Shown here one piece after another: positions 46,390-56,537 of a stretch of 64,000 bases of DNA. Position 1 is the first letter of the stretch; each line of letters begins with the position of its first letter. Position numbers and translations under genes: made by a program. The stretch spans positions 124,001-188,000 of IMG/VR virus record IMGVR_UViG_3300043410_001471; one strand, given 5' to 3'. The notes under the pieces were generated by a model, which had not been told where the DNA came from, ran no database searches, and saw only the letters and a program-made list of their open reading frames with translations.

Positions 46390-47493
46390 ATGGCAAAAAG
46401 AGAAGAAGATTTAGCAGGTGTACTTGCCGATTCTCTAAACAAACAAAATAAGGATGGTAAGATTGCATACTTCCTGACAGATGAAGGAGGCGATGCCCCT
46501 ACAAATGTTAAAGATTGGTTATCTACTGGTAACGCAATGTTGGATGTAGCAATATCAAACCGACCTTATGGTGGATTGCCAGTAGGACGTATTAGTGAGA
46601 TTACGGGTTTAGAGCAGAGTGGAAAATCTCTGCTCTCCGCCCATCTCCTTGCTGAAACACAACGCAAAGGTGGTGTCGCAGTATTGATTGATACGGAAAC
46701 CGCAGTTAGTAGAGAATTCTTAGAAGCAATTGGAGTAGATATCTCAAAACTCCTATATGTTTCAGTTGATACTGTTGAAGGTATCTTTGAAGCATGTGAA
46801 ACAATTATTGAGCAAGTTCGTAAAGGTGATAAGGATAGATTGGTTACAATCGTAGTCGATTCAGTAGCAGCCGCTTCAACTAAAAAAGAGTTAGAAGCTG
46901 ATTATGATAAAGATGGTTACGCAACTGATAAAGCAATCATTATCTCCAAAGCAATGAGAAAGATTACCAATATGATTGGTAGACAATCAATTGCTTTAGT
47001 ATTCACAAACCAATTAAGACAAAAGATGAACGCAATGTTTGGTGACCCTTGGACAACATCGGGTGGTAAAGCACTTGCATTCCATGCTTCTGTTAGAGTT
47101 CGTTTAAAGAATATGGGACAGCTAAAAGCAGGTGATAGAATCGTAGGTATTAAGGTTCGTTGCCAGGTTATTAAGAATAGAATGGGACCACCATTAAGAC
47201 ACGCAGATTTCGATATCTTCTTTGATAGAGGTATTGATAACTACGGAGGTTGGTTATCGGTTATGAAGGATGGTAAATTAGTAAAGCAAGCAGGTGCTTG
47301 GTACGAATATACTGATATCGATACCGGTGAGATTATGAAGTTTCAATCCAAAGATTTTCCAAAAATGTTGGAGAATGAAGAATTGAAAGACCAAATCTAT
47401 CGTAGGATTTGTGAAGCAACTATATTACAATACAAAACATCAGCATCAGAGGAAGTTGAAATAACAACGGATGAAGGCAATGAGTCAGATTAA
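46390..47493 (+). CDS. uvsX: RecA/UvsX recombinase
   Basis: Walker A GLEQSGKS, IVVDSVAA, VFTNQLRQK, TTSGGKALAFHAS. Confidence 0.95.
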   Translation: MAKREEDLAGVLADSLNKQNKDGKIAYFLTDEGGDAPTNVKDWLSTGNAMLDVAISNRPYGGLPVGRISEITGLEQSGKSLLSAHLLAETQRKGGVAVLIDTETAVSREFLEAIGVDISKLLYVSVDTVEGIFEACETIIEQVRKGDKDRLVTIVVDSVAAASTKKELEADYDKDGYATDKAIIISKAMRKITNMIGRQSIALVFTNQLRQKMNAMFGDPWTTSGGKALAFHASVRVRLKNMGQLKAGDRIVGIKVRCQVIKNRMGPPLRHADFDIFFDRGIDNYGGWLSVMKDGKLVKQAGAWYEYTDIDTGEIMKFQSKDFPKMLENEELKDQIYRRICEATILQYKTSASEEVEITTDEGNESD

Positions 47494-48538
47494 CAAAAAG
47501 TATTTAGATATACTAAAACAAATAGATGAGGAACATAAGGGATTCGGTGATTTACAACGCAATTCCAAAACTTTAGTAATAGATGGATTAAATACATTTA
47601 TTCGTTCCTGGTCAACCGCACCAAATCTTAATGATAATGGTGACCATATTGGAGGAATAGTCGGTACTTTAAAAAGTATCGGCTACGCCATCCGTACATT
47701 AAACCCTACAAGAGTAATCGTAGTATTCGATGGTAAAGGGGGTTCACAAAGCAGAAAGGATATATATTCGGGTTACAAATCTGAAAGAGGTAAGAATAAA
47801 ATCAAAATGAGATTGAATCGTGCCGCTTCGGTTGAGATGAACCCTGAAGAGGAAAGCGCATCTATGAAACGCCAAATGGCTGGATTAGGTGAGTTACTTT
47901 CAGCTCTACCCGTTTCCATTATGATTTACGATGGAATTGAAGCCGATGATGTTATCGCATACATCGCTACTCAATTAAAGCAGGAAAATGAGAAGGTTAT
48001 TATAATGAGTACCGATAAAGACTTCTTACAATTGGTAAACAAAGATGTGAGTGTATATTCACCATCTAAAAAGAAAGTTTACAATATTGATGAGGTTGTA
48101 GAAGAATTCGGAATCCATCCACATAATTTTATCAATTTCAGAATGATTGATGGTGATAAATCCGATAATGTAGAAGGTATTACGGGATTAGGATTGAAAA
48201 CGATTATTAAATCATTTCCTATATTAGCAAATGAAGAAGTGCAAACTACGGAATCTTTATTGGAATATATTAAAGAGCAACCAAAGAAAACAAAAGCACA
48301 TGATTTATTTGAGAATAATTTAGAAATATTAAAGAGAAATCGTAAATTAATGCAATTATCCGAACCGACATTTAGTGGCAATCTTCGTATGAAAATTATG
48401 GATAGATACAATGAACCAACGGATAAATTCAGTAAGCAAGAATTTTTAAAAATCGGATTGAAAACGCGTGTATTGGATTCATTTCCAAATGTTACGGACT
48501 GGTTGCAATCCACATTTTCTCACATAGCAAAATTTTAA
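47471..48538 (+). CDS. 5'-3' exonuclease / T4 RNase H-like flap nuclease
   Basis: VIDGLN, VVFDGKG, EADD, STDKDFLQL and GDKSDN motifs; alternative start at 47480. Confidence 0.92.
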   Translation: MKAMSQINKKYLDILKQIDEEHKGFGDLQRNSKTLVIDGLNTFIRSWSTAPNLNDNGDHIGGIVGTLKSIGYAIRTLNPTRVIVVFDGKGGSQSRKDIYSGYKSERGKNKIKMRLNRAASVEMNPEEESASMKRQMAGLGELLSALPVSIMIYDGIEADDVIAYIATQLKQENEKVIIMSTDKDFLQLVNKDVSVYSPSKKKVYNIDEVVEEFGIHPHNFINFRMIDGDKSDNVEGITGLGLKTIIKSFPILANEEVQTTESLLEYIKEQPKKTKAHDLFENNLEILKRNRKLMQLSEPTFSGNLRMKIMDRYNEPTDKFSKQEFLKIGLKTRVLDSFPNVTDWLQSTFSHIAKF

Positions 48539-48543
48539 TAAAA

Positions 48544-49368
48544 TTGAAAACTAATCAAAAATTATGGATTTTTGGCGATAGTTTTGCAACTATAAGACAT
48601 GGTGATGTGTCTTGGCAACTTTTATTAAAAAATAAATTTGTAGGAAAAGAATTAATTGTAAGTGGTAGAGGTGGTAGAGATATACAAACTATTGTTGATA
48701 TTTTTTTAAAATGTTTGCATTTAATAAACGATGATGATTTGGTTATTATAGTATTGCCAACATCATCAAGAGTTAGATATCCAATTAAAGAATCTCAACT
48801 TAATTTGGAAATAAATGATAGAACATTTGATAATACTTTAAAAGAATATATTTCAGATGGATTTATCGCATATCATCCTAATTCTACTTTTCATACAAAT
48901 ATCAAATCTAAATTGATATTCCCATTTGATGTGATTGATGATAGTATGATTGAAGATATTTCTGAAAATTTAGAAAATCAAAATAGAGAAAGGTATTATA
49001 ATATTGTAGAAACTAATAAGATTATAAATAAAAAAGAAAGATTAAGTTATACGCAAATATCTACATTTATAAACACATCTGAACCAGTTATACAAAATTA
49101 TAATGACCAATTTTATTCCTTCTCAAAGGCATTTAAATTTAAAACAATGTTTTTAAGTTGGTGTAATGAATTTAATGTTTTTGATAAAAGTGTTGTATTT
49201 ACAAATTCTAAAATTGAAAATGAAATAGGTAAATTGGAAACTGAAAATGATTTATACATTAAAACAAATGGTAAATTTGGTAAATATGGCGATTGGCATT
49301 GGAGTGAAGAAAGTGATGCAAAAATTAGTGAGTATATTATAAAAAAGAATTCAGAATATTTTAATTAA
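48544..49368 (+). CDS. SGNH-hydrolase-like protein
   Basis: N-terminal WIFGDSF and C-terminal DWHWS; TTG start. Confidence 0.55.
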   Translation: MKTNQKLWIFGDSFATIRHGDVSWQLLLKNKFVGKELIVSGRGGRDIQTIVDIFLKCLHLINDDDLVIIVLPTSSRVRYPIKESQLNLEINDRTFDNTLKEYISDGFIAYHPNSTFHTNIKSKLIFPFDVIDDSMIEDISENLENQNRERYYNIVETNKIINKKERLSYTQISTFINTSEPVIQNYNDQFYSFSKAFKFKTMFLSWCNEFNVFDKSVVFTNSKIENEIGKLETENDLYIKTNGKFGKYGDWHWSEESDAKISEYIIKKNSEYFN

Positions 49369-49400
49369 TTTGTTAAATAATAAAATATTTCGTATATTTG
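49369..49400 (+). promoter_or_regulatory. Bacteroidota-type sigmaA promoter
   Basis: TTTG-N20-TATATTTG. Confidence 0.85.
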
Positions 49401-49419
49401 TAAAACAAAAAAATAAATT

Positions 49420-49725
49420 ATGGCAGAAAGATTAGCAAAACCATTAGGAGATAGAGTACTCCTAACAGAATTAGAACCAGAGGTTACACAAACCGCAGGT
49501 GGAATTATTATTCCAGACTCGGTTAGAAATGAAGATGTAAAAAGAGCAATTGTAGAATCGGTAGGACCTGGTATTTACACACAAAGTGGAACATTGATTC
49601 CAATGAATGTTGAACCAGGAGATGAAGTGATTCTCCCACCATATCATCAGGGTGTAGAAATTAAAATTGGTGGTAACAAATACATCCTATTAAGAGAATC
49701 GGAAATCTTAATGATAGTAAAATAA
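49420..49725 (+). CDS. groES: Co-chaperonin GroES
   Basis: KPLGDRVLL...TAGGIIIPD...VGPG...GDEV...LRESEIL. Confidence 0.95.
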   Translation: MAERLAKPLGDRVLLTELEPEVTQTAGGIIIPDSVRNEDVKRAIVESVGPGIYTQSGTLIPMNVEPGDEVILPPYHQGVEIKIGGNKYILLRESEILMIVK

Positions 49726-49753
49726 TTTTTAAATTAAAACATGGACAAAAAGT

Positions 49754-49990
49754 ATGAAGTGTATTAAAGTAGTAAAAGAAACAAAGGATAATAAAATCGG
49801 TACAATCCGTAGAGTAGCTGATACTGAAGCGGATGTAAAAGTAAGTACCGGTGTGTGGGCATTTTGCCCGAAATCGGAATGGAAATTGGCAACTCGTAAA
49901 CCAAAGAACGACCAACCTACCGACCAAGCTACCGACCAAGTAAAGGTTAAATCAAAAAAACAATTAAAGAAAGAAAAAGCTGAAGCATAA
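49754..49990 (+). CDS. Small basic hypothetical protein
   Basis: TAATG-coupled to the helicase gene. Confidence 0.65.
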   Translation: MKCIKVVKETKDNKIGTIRRVADTEADVKVSTGVWAFCPKSEWKLATRKPKNDQPTDQATDQVKVKSKKQLKKEKAEA

Positions 49991-51345
49991 TGGAAGCAGT
50001 AGATACATTGGTTAAATATGGACAATCGTATCAATCTAAAGTTGTTGCTTCACTTATAACGGATGTTAAGTTTCTTGAGCAGGTAACTGAAATCACCAAA
50101 CCGGCATTTTTTGAATCACAAGCAAATCAATGGATTGTAGATGAAGTACAAAATTACTTCTCCGAATTCCGTGCAGTTCCTACAATGGAAGTGTTCAAAA
50201 TTAAAGTTGGAACGATTGAAGATAAAGCATTAAAGCAGACCGTAGTTGACCAATTAAAAAATGTTTACCTACAAATTGATGCAAATGATATACCTTATGT
50301 TAAGAAAGAATATCTAACATTCGCTAAAAATCAGAAAGTTAAAGATGCCCTTCTAAAATCCGTAGACCTTCTTAAAGCAGGTAACTATGATAAGATTATA
50401 GATACAATGATGGCAGCATCCAAAGTCGGTGTAGAAAACGATTTAGGATTGGATTACATCGATGAATTTGAATTGATTATGGAAGATGTCAAACGAAATT
50501 CAGTATCAACAGGATGGGAGGTTATCGATGAATTGATGGATGGTGGTTTAGGACCAGGTGAATTGGGAGTTGTAATGGCACCATCGGGTATTGGTAAGAG
50601 TTGGTTCTTATCAAAGATAGCTTGTTCGGCATTACAAAAAGGTAAGAATGTTTTACACTACTCTTTGGAGTTGTCCGAAAGTTATGTAGGACAAAGATAT
50701 ACTACAATTTTGACTGGAATTCAAACATCGGAACATAAAGAACGAAAGGATGAGATTATCAGAAAGATTAAAGGTACTCCAGGCAGAGTTCGTATTAAAT
50801 ACTATCCACCACAGTTTGCAACTTCTAAAACTCTTTCAGCTCATATTGAAAAGTTAAAACAAATTGGATTCGCACCGGATTTAATCATTATTGACTACGC
50901 CGATTTATTAAAGAGTGGTAGTGGTAGAGATGGTTTATACGCTGAGTTAGGAGGAATCTATGAGGAATTGAGGGGATTAAGTGGTGAAACAGGTATTCCA
51001 ATTTGGACAGCAACTCAAACAAATAGAGCAGCTATTGAACATGAAGTTATCCAAGCCGATTCGGTTGGTGATTCATATAAGAAAGTTCAAACGGCAGATT
51101 TTATTATGAGTGTGAGTAGAAAAACAAAGGATAAGTTATCAAACACAGGTCGTATTCACATCGTTAAAAATCGATTTGGACCAGATGGAATGACTTTTCC
51201 AGCAAAGATTGATACCTTTCATGGTATTATGGATGTGTTCGCAGCAACATCGCAAGATGGTATGAACGCAACCAAAGACTCTAAAAACGGAGAGAATTTA
51301 GAGAAAAAATTATTACACAAAAAGTATGTTGAAAATATGGGATAA
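49990..51345 (+). CDS. Replicative DNA helicase (DnaB/gp41-like)
   Basis: Walker A APSGIGKS, IIIDYADLL, TATQTNR, KNRFG. Confidence 0.94.
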   Translation: MEAVDTLVKYGQSYQSKVVASLITDVKFLEQVTEITKPAFFESQANQWIVDEVQNYFSEFRAVPTMEVFKIKVGTIEDKALKQTVVDQLKNVYLQIDANDIPYVKKEYLTFAKNQKVKDALLKSVDLLKAGNYDKIIDTMMAASKVGVENDLGLDYIDEFELIMEDVKRNSVSTGWEVIDELMDGGLGPGELGVVMAPSGIGKSWFLSKIACSALQKGKNVLHYSLELSESYVGQRYTTILTGIQTSEHKERKDEIIRKIKGTPGRVRIKYYPPQFATSKTLSAHIEKLKQIGFAPDLIIIDYADLLKSGSGRDGLYAELGGIYEELRGLSGETGIPIWTATQTNRAAIEHEVIQADSVGDSYKKVQTADFIMSVSRKTKDKLSNTGRIHIVKNRFGPDGMTFPAKIDTFHGIMDVFAATSQDGMNATKDSKNGENLEKKLLHKKYVENMG

Positions 51346-51432
51346 TTGTATAAAATTTTCTAAAGAAAAAAGAAAATTTATAAATTCGGAAGATAGTTAT
51401 ACCTACACTTCAAACATAAACAAATTAAAAAT

Positions 51433-52446
51433 ATGAGCAAATTATTTACGGAACGAGTTCCTTTTAAACCCTTTGAATATCCGGATTATTACAATGAGGG
51501 TTGGTTGAAACAAATGCAAGCATTCTGGTTACATACGGAGATACCAATGCAGGGTGATGTTAAGGATTGGAATGAGAATTTAAGTGAATCAGAAAAGCAT
51601 TTGGTTGGTAATATTTTATTAGGATTTGCTCAAACCGAATGTGCCGTAAGTGATTATTGGACAGGTATGGTCACTAAGTGGTTTCCAAAGCATGAAATCA
51701 GACAGATGGCAATGGCATTTGGTTCACAAGAAACAATTCACTCTATTGCATATTCATATCTAAATGAAACATTGGGATTAGATGACTTCGAAGGATTCTT
51801 ACACGATGAAGCAATGAAAGAAAGATTTGAATTATTAACAAACACAACCGCCGATTGGACTCCAAAAGATTTGGATACTAATCCAAAAGCTAGAGTTGAA
51901 GTTGCTCGTTCACTTGCTATCTTTTCGGCATTCGCTGAGGGGGTAGCATTATATTCCTCATTCGCTGTATTGTATTCATTCCAAATGAGAAACCTTCTAA
52001 AAGGTATTGGACAACAAATGAAGTGGAGTGTTAGAGATGAATCTTTACATTCTAAAATGGGTTGTCAATTATTCAGACATATGTGTGAAGAATTCCCAGA
52101 ATTATTAGAAGAAGCAAAAGAAGATATTTACAAAGCAGCCAAAATCATTATTGATTTAGAACATAAATTCATTGATAAGATTTTTGAGATGGGTGATTTG
52201 GAGAATCTTAAAAAAGATGACCTAAAAGAATTCATTACAAAAAGAGTTAATGAAAAATTAGGCGAATTGGGATACAATCCAATTCCAGGCGGCGATGATT
52301 ACTTTGAATTTGATGAAGTAAAAGCATCAGAATTAGATTGGTTTTATCATTTAACAGGAGGAGTAACTCACACCGATTTCTTCGCAATGAGACCAACGGA
52401 TTATTCAAAAGCGGGTGAGGGTGAAAATTGGGATGATATATTTTAA
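51433..52446 (+). CDS. nrdB: Ribonucleotide reductase class I beta subunit
   Basis: FWLHTEI, ETIHSIAY, EGVALYSSF and RDESLH diiron motifs. Confidence 0.95.
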   Translation: MSKLFTERVPFKPFEYPDYYNEGWLKQMQAFWLHTEIPMQGDVKDWNENLSESEKHLVGNILLGFAQTECAVSDYWTGMVTKWFPKHEIRQMAMAFGSQETIHSIAYSYLNETLGLDDFEGFLHDEAMKERFELLTNTTADWTPKDLDTNPKARVEVARSLAIFSAFAEGVALYSSFAVLYSFQMRNLLKGIGQQMKWSVRDESLHSKMGCQLFRHMCEEFPELLEEAKEDIYKAAKIIIDLEHKFIDKIFEMGDLENLKKDDLKEFITKRVNEKLGELGYNPIPGGDDYFEFDEVKASELDWFYHLTGGVTHTDFFAMRPTDYSKAGEGENWDDIF

Positions 52447-52456
52447 ATTATAAGTT

Positions 52457-54238
52457 ATGAAAAATTACGGAGAAGAATACGGATGGGAAGTAGATGTAGA
52501 TTTCCCACATTGGGGAAATAATGAGATATATGTAAAAACTATATCCAAAACATATCTACAAGCTGGCGAAAAGCCAAAGGATGCATATTGGAGAGTTGCT
52601 ACGGCAGTTGCTAAAAGATTGGAAAAACCACAATTAGCAACAAAATTCTTTGATTACATTTGGAAAGGTTGGTTGTGTTTAGCAACACCTGTATTATCAA
52701 ACACAGGTACCGATAGAGGTTTACCAATCAGTTGTTTTGGTATTGATGTTGGTGATAGCGTATATGAGATTGGTTCTAAGAACTTAGAATTGATGTTGTT
52801 AGCAAAACATGGTGGTGGTGTTGGTATTGGAATCAATATGATACGACCTGCAGGTTCGAAAATCACCGGCAACGGAACAAGTGATGGTATTGTACCATTT
52901 GCTAAAATCTACGATTCTACGATACTTGCAACGAATCAGGGAAGTGTTCGTAGAGGAGCAGCATCGGTAAACATTAAAATCGAACATAAGGATTTTGAAG
53001 ATTTCTTAGAGATTAGAGAACCAAAAGGTGATGTTAATCGTCAATCACTTAACTTACATCAATGTGTTGTAGTTAGTGATAGATTTATGAAGAAGGTTGA
53101 AGAAGGTGATAGTGAAGCAAGAAGAAAGTGGGGTAAGTTACTTCAGAAGCGTAAAGCAACGGGTGAACCATACATTATGTATAAGGGTAATGTGAACAAA
53201 CAAAACCCTGAAATGTACAAAAAGAATGGATTGAAAGTTCATATGACTAATATTTGTTCTGAAATTGTGTTACATACTGATGAACAACACTCTTTTGTTT
53301 GTTGTTTGAGTTCTTTAAACTTAGCAAAATATGATGAATGGAAAGATACGGATTTAGTTTATACATCAACAATCTTTTTAGATGGGGTGTTAGAAGAATT
53401 TATCCAAAGAGCCAAAAATATGAAAGGGTTCGAAAATTCAGTTCGTTCAGCAGAAAGAGGTAGAGCATTGGGATTGGGTGTATTAGGATGGCACACATAT
53501 TTACAACAAAAAGGATTACCATTTGAAGGTTTACAAGCTCAATTTGAAACTCGTAAGATTTTCTCTCAAATGAAGATTGAATCTGAAAGAGCAAGTAGAG
53601 ATTTGGCATCTGAATATGGTGAACCATTATGGTGTAAAGAAAGTGGTATGAGAAATACCCACCTAAGAGCAGTAGCACCAACTGTTTCAAACTCTAAATT
53701 GAGTGGAAATGTGAGTAGTGGTATCGAACCTTGGGCAGCTAATGTATTTACGGAACAAACGGCTAAAGGAACATTCATTAGAAAGAATCCAGAATTAGAA
53801 AGAGTGTTTAAGAAAATTGGTAAAAACACAAAAGAAGTTTGGGATAAGATTTTAGCAGATGGTGGTTCAGTACAAGATTTGGCATTCTTAGATGATTGGT
53901 GTTTTTTAGATGGTAAATTAGTTGAATGTAATGAAGTAACTGAAGAATCGCACAAAGGTAGATGTTATTCAGTTAAAGATGTATTCAAAACATTTAAAGA
54001 AATCAATCAGTTAGATTTAGTAAGACAAGCCGGTGTAAGACAACAATATATTGACCAAGCAGTTTCTCTAAACTTAGCATTCCCTGCAACTGCAGAACCA
54101 AAGTGGATTAATCAAATTCATATGGAAGCTTGGAAGCAAGGTGTTAAAACTCTTTATTATATGAGAACCGAATCAGTATTGAGAGGTGATATAGCAGCAA
54201 GAGCAATGGATGAGACTTGTGTAAGTTGTGAAGGTTAA
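52457..54238 (+). CDS. nrdA: Ribonucleotide reductase class I alpha subunit (short form, no ATP cone)
   Basis: ATPVLSN, PISCF, GGGVG, TNICSEI, APTVSNS, C-terminal CVSCEG. Confidence 0.95.
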   Translation: MKNYGEEYGWEVDVDFPHWGNNEIYVKTISKTYLQAGEKPKDAYWRVATAVAKRLEKPQLATKFFDYIWKGWLCLATPVLSNTGTDRGLPISCFGIDVGDSVYEIGSKNLELMLLAKHGGGVGIGINMIRPAGSKITGNGTSDGIVPFAKIYDSTILATNQGSVRRGAASVNIKIEHKDFEDFLEIREPKGDVNRQSLNLHQCVVVSDRFMKKVEEGDSEARRKWGKLLQKRKATGEPYIMYKGNVNKQNPEMYKKNGLKVHMTNICSEIVLHTDEQHSFVCCLSSLNLAKYDEWKDTDLVYTSTIFLDGVLEEFIQRAKNMKGFENSVRSAERGRALGLGVLGWHTYLQQKGLPFEGLQAQFETRKIFSQMKIESERASRDLASEYGEPLWCKESGMRNTHLRAVAPTVSNSKLSGNVSSGIEPWAANVFTEQTAKGTFIRKNPELERVFKKIGKNTKEVWDKILADGGSVQDLAFLDDWCFLDGKLVECNEVTEESHKGRCYSVKDVFKTFKEINQLDLVRQAGVRQQYIDQAVSLNLAFPATAEPKWINQIHMEAWKQGVKTLYYMRTESVLRGDIAARAMDETCVSCEG

Positions 54239-54248
54239 TTTTAAATAA

Positions 54249-55289
54249 ATGGATAATTTTAAAGAATATATTGTAATAGATGATTCGGCTAAAGCTTTAT
54301 TAATAAATCGACCAATTCTTGTATTTTTTTCAAATGAAGAAATTGATGAATTATTAAAGTTTTATGAACAAAATTATAGAGAGTATAAGTTGATTTATTG
54401 TGAACGCGGTGAACCACTTACACACTCATCTATATTGCATTTGTATAGAATACATGAATTCTTTTTAGAAAACAAAATCAATACTAAAAAGTTTCATATT
54501 CTATATGAAAATAGAAGTAAAGAATATGAAAGTTTATTGGGATTTTTTCAATTTAATTTTTATTATTATCCATTTCATTTAAATTTTGTAACGCCGCCTA
54601 CATATTTTAATTCCGGTGAATATCCATTTCCATTGGATAGAAATTTTGAAAAACATTTTTTAATGTTAAATAGAACCGGAAAAGAACATAAGTTAAAATT
54701 TAAAACATTTTTTGATTCTAATAATTTAAAAGATGTATCGTATTATTCATTTTTATGGTTGAATGAACGCAATTTTGAAGAAAATTATATCCAATCTACA
54801 CACGCTAATCATGATGAATTGATTGACATATATAAAAATACGGCAATTAATGTACTGAATGAATCAAAATATTCATCGGAATTATTATCAATACCATATA
54901 CATTTATATCAGAAAAGACTTTTAGAGCATTGGCATTTCCTAGACCATTTATTGTAATAGGACAAAGACATACTTTAAAAAATTTACAAAAAATGGGATT
55001 TAGAACATTTTCTGATATAATAGATGAAAGTTATGATGAAATGAATGATTCGGAAAGAATGGATAAAATACAGGAAATAATTTTAGATTTATCGAAAAAA
55101 TCAAAAGAAGAAATTTATACAATGTGGGAGAAATGTATAGATAATTACGAACATAATAGAAAATCAATATTCTATCATGCAAGGCAAATGAATGAAAATT
55201 TTAAAACAATATTCCCAAATGAATATAAGATGATGAATATGCATTATTTATCATCAATTGAAAGAACTAAAAATTTAAAAGAATGGTAA
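54249..55289 (+). CDS. Putative glycosyltransferase (GT10/fucosyltransferase-like motif)
   Basis: KHFLMLNR...FISEKTFRALAFPRPFIVIG...GFRTFSDIIDESYD. Confidence 0.5.
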   Translation: MDNFKEYIVIDDSAKALLINRPILVFFSNEEIDELLKFYEQNYREYKLIYCERGEPLTHSSILHLYRIHEFFLENKINTKKFHILYENRSKEYESLLGFFQFNFYYYPFHLNFVTPPTYFNSGEYPFPLDRNFEKHFLMLNRTGKEHKLKFKTFFDSNNLKDVSYYSFLWLNERNFEENYIQSTHANHDELIDIYKNTAINVLNESKYSSELLSIPYTFISEKTFRALAFPRPFIVIGQRHTLKNLQKMGFRTFSDIIDESYDEMNDSERMDKIQEIILDLSKKSKEEIYTMWEKCIDNYEHNRKSIFYHARQMNENFKTIFPNEYKMMNMHYLSSIERTKNLKEW

Positions 55290-55546
55290 CAGTAAAGAAA
55301 TTTTCCGCAGCATGGTGTGGTCCATGTAGAGCATTAGCTCCAGTTATGAATGAAGTAAAATCTCAATTTTCAAATGTAGTATTTGAAGATTACGATGTAG
55401 ATGTTGCATATGATGAAGCAACAAAATACGGCATCCGTTCAGTACCAACAGTTGTTATTGAAAAAGATGGTAAAGAAGTTGAAAGATTTGCGGGAGCAGC
55501 AGCAAAGATGACTTATGTAAATGCATTGAATGAACATTTAAAGTAA
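55283..55546 (+). CDS. Thioredoxin
   Basis: FSAAWCGPC active site, GIRSVPT. Confidence 0.95.
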   Translation: MVTVKKFSAAWCGPCRALAPVMNEVKSQFSNVVFEDYDVDVAYDEATKYGIRSVPTVVIEKDGKEVERFAGAAAKMTYVNALNEHLK

Positions 55547-55588
55547 AATAAATTTGTGATTATCAAAAAAATTGGTTATATTAGACAT

Positions 55589-55789
55589 ATGTTAAGAGGA
55601 GAATCGCATCCAATGCATAAATTGACTGAAGAGCAGATAATGCAAATCAGAGAATTATACAAAGTGGGTCATAGAAATATCAAAGTTATTGCTAGGAACT
55701 ACAAAGTATCTCCTGCTAACATTAAGAAAATAGTTACAAACCAAACGTGGACACACATGATAAAGTGGCCGTATGAAAGAACTAAATAA
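55589..55789 (+). CDS. Small HTH DNA-binding protein (homing-endonuclease-type DNA-binding module)
   Basis: RGESHPMHKLTEEQIMQIRELY...IARNYKVSPANIKKIV...W; ATG at 55589. Confidence 0.7.
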   Translation: MLRGESHPMHKLTEEQIMQIRELYKVGHRNIKVIARNYKVSPANIKKIVTNQTWTHMIKWPYERTK

Positions 55790-56537
55790 GTTATATTGTG
55801 ATACATCGAAATTAATCGTAAGAGTAGTAAACAAAAATGTAGCAAAGGATATCATCGTTAATAACCATTATAGTGGGATATGGACGAAGGTATCCTATGC
55901 TATTGGATTGTTTTATGTTTCCAATGATGAACACAAATTCTTTGGTGGAGTAAACGAACAACTTATTGGAGTAGCGTGTTATGGTGACCCGGTGGGTAGA
56001 CACTCCGGCGCATCTATATCCGGAAATTTGGATAGAACGGAAGTTTTAGAACTTACCCGTTTATTTGTATTTGATGGTTATGGTAGTAATATTGAAAGTT
56101 GGTTCGTTGGACAAACTTTTGAGTGGTTAAGAAAAAACGCACCACACATCAAAGCATTGGTATCGTATTCAGACCCAAAAGCAGGACATTTAGGAACTGT
56201 ATATCAAGCAACTAATTGGATTTATCAGGGTAATAAGATTCGACCTAACGATAGTTGGTCTTTTAAATGGAGTGAAATAGATGAATGGCATCATAGTAGA
56301 ACTTCATATGTAAAGTATGGTACTAATGACCCAAAGATAATTCAAACAATGGTAGCATCGCCATTTTGGATTAAAAAAGAACCCCGAAAACATCGATATG
56401 TTTATATACTTTTGAATGGTAGAGAACGAAAAAAATTATTGAAATCGTTAAAGTATCCATCATTACCATATCCAAAAGCAAACGAAGAATTTATTGAAGA
56501 AATACATAAATTAGAACCAATTGAAAGTAGAAAATAA
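55773..56537 (+). CDS. Mom-family (GNAT-fold) DNA adenine modification protein, copy 1
   Basis: IIVNNHYS, IGVACYG, LELTRL, LVSYSDP..GHLGTVYQATNWIYQG, KHRYVY. Confidence 0.85.
   Translation: MKELNKLYCDTSKLIVRVVNKNVAKDIIVNNHYSGIWTKVSYAIGLFYVSNDEHKFFGGVNEQLIGVACYGDPVGRHSGASISGNLDRTEVLELTRLFVFDGYGSNIESWFVGQTFEWLRKNAPHIKALVSYSDPKAGHLGTVYQATNWIYQGNKIRPNDSWSFKWSEIDEWHHSRTSYVKYGTNDPKIIQTMVASPFWIKKEPRKHRYVYILLNGRERKKLLKSLKYPSLPYPKANEEFIEEIHKLEPIESRK

Noticed and set aside
49420-49725. GroES without GroEL as a novelty
   Set aside because: Stand-alone co-chaperonins for capsid folding are common in T4-related phages (gp31 precedent).
51433-54238. Introns or inteins in nrdB, nrdA, uvsX, helicase or PolB
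   Set aside because: All read as continuous ORFs of ordinary length with motifs in the expected order.
55589-55789. Intact HNH homing endonuclease
   Set aside because: Only the DNA-binding HTH module is present; no nuclease domain is encoded upstream in any frame.
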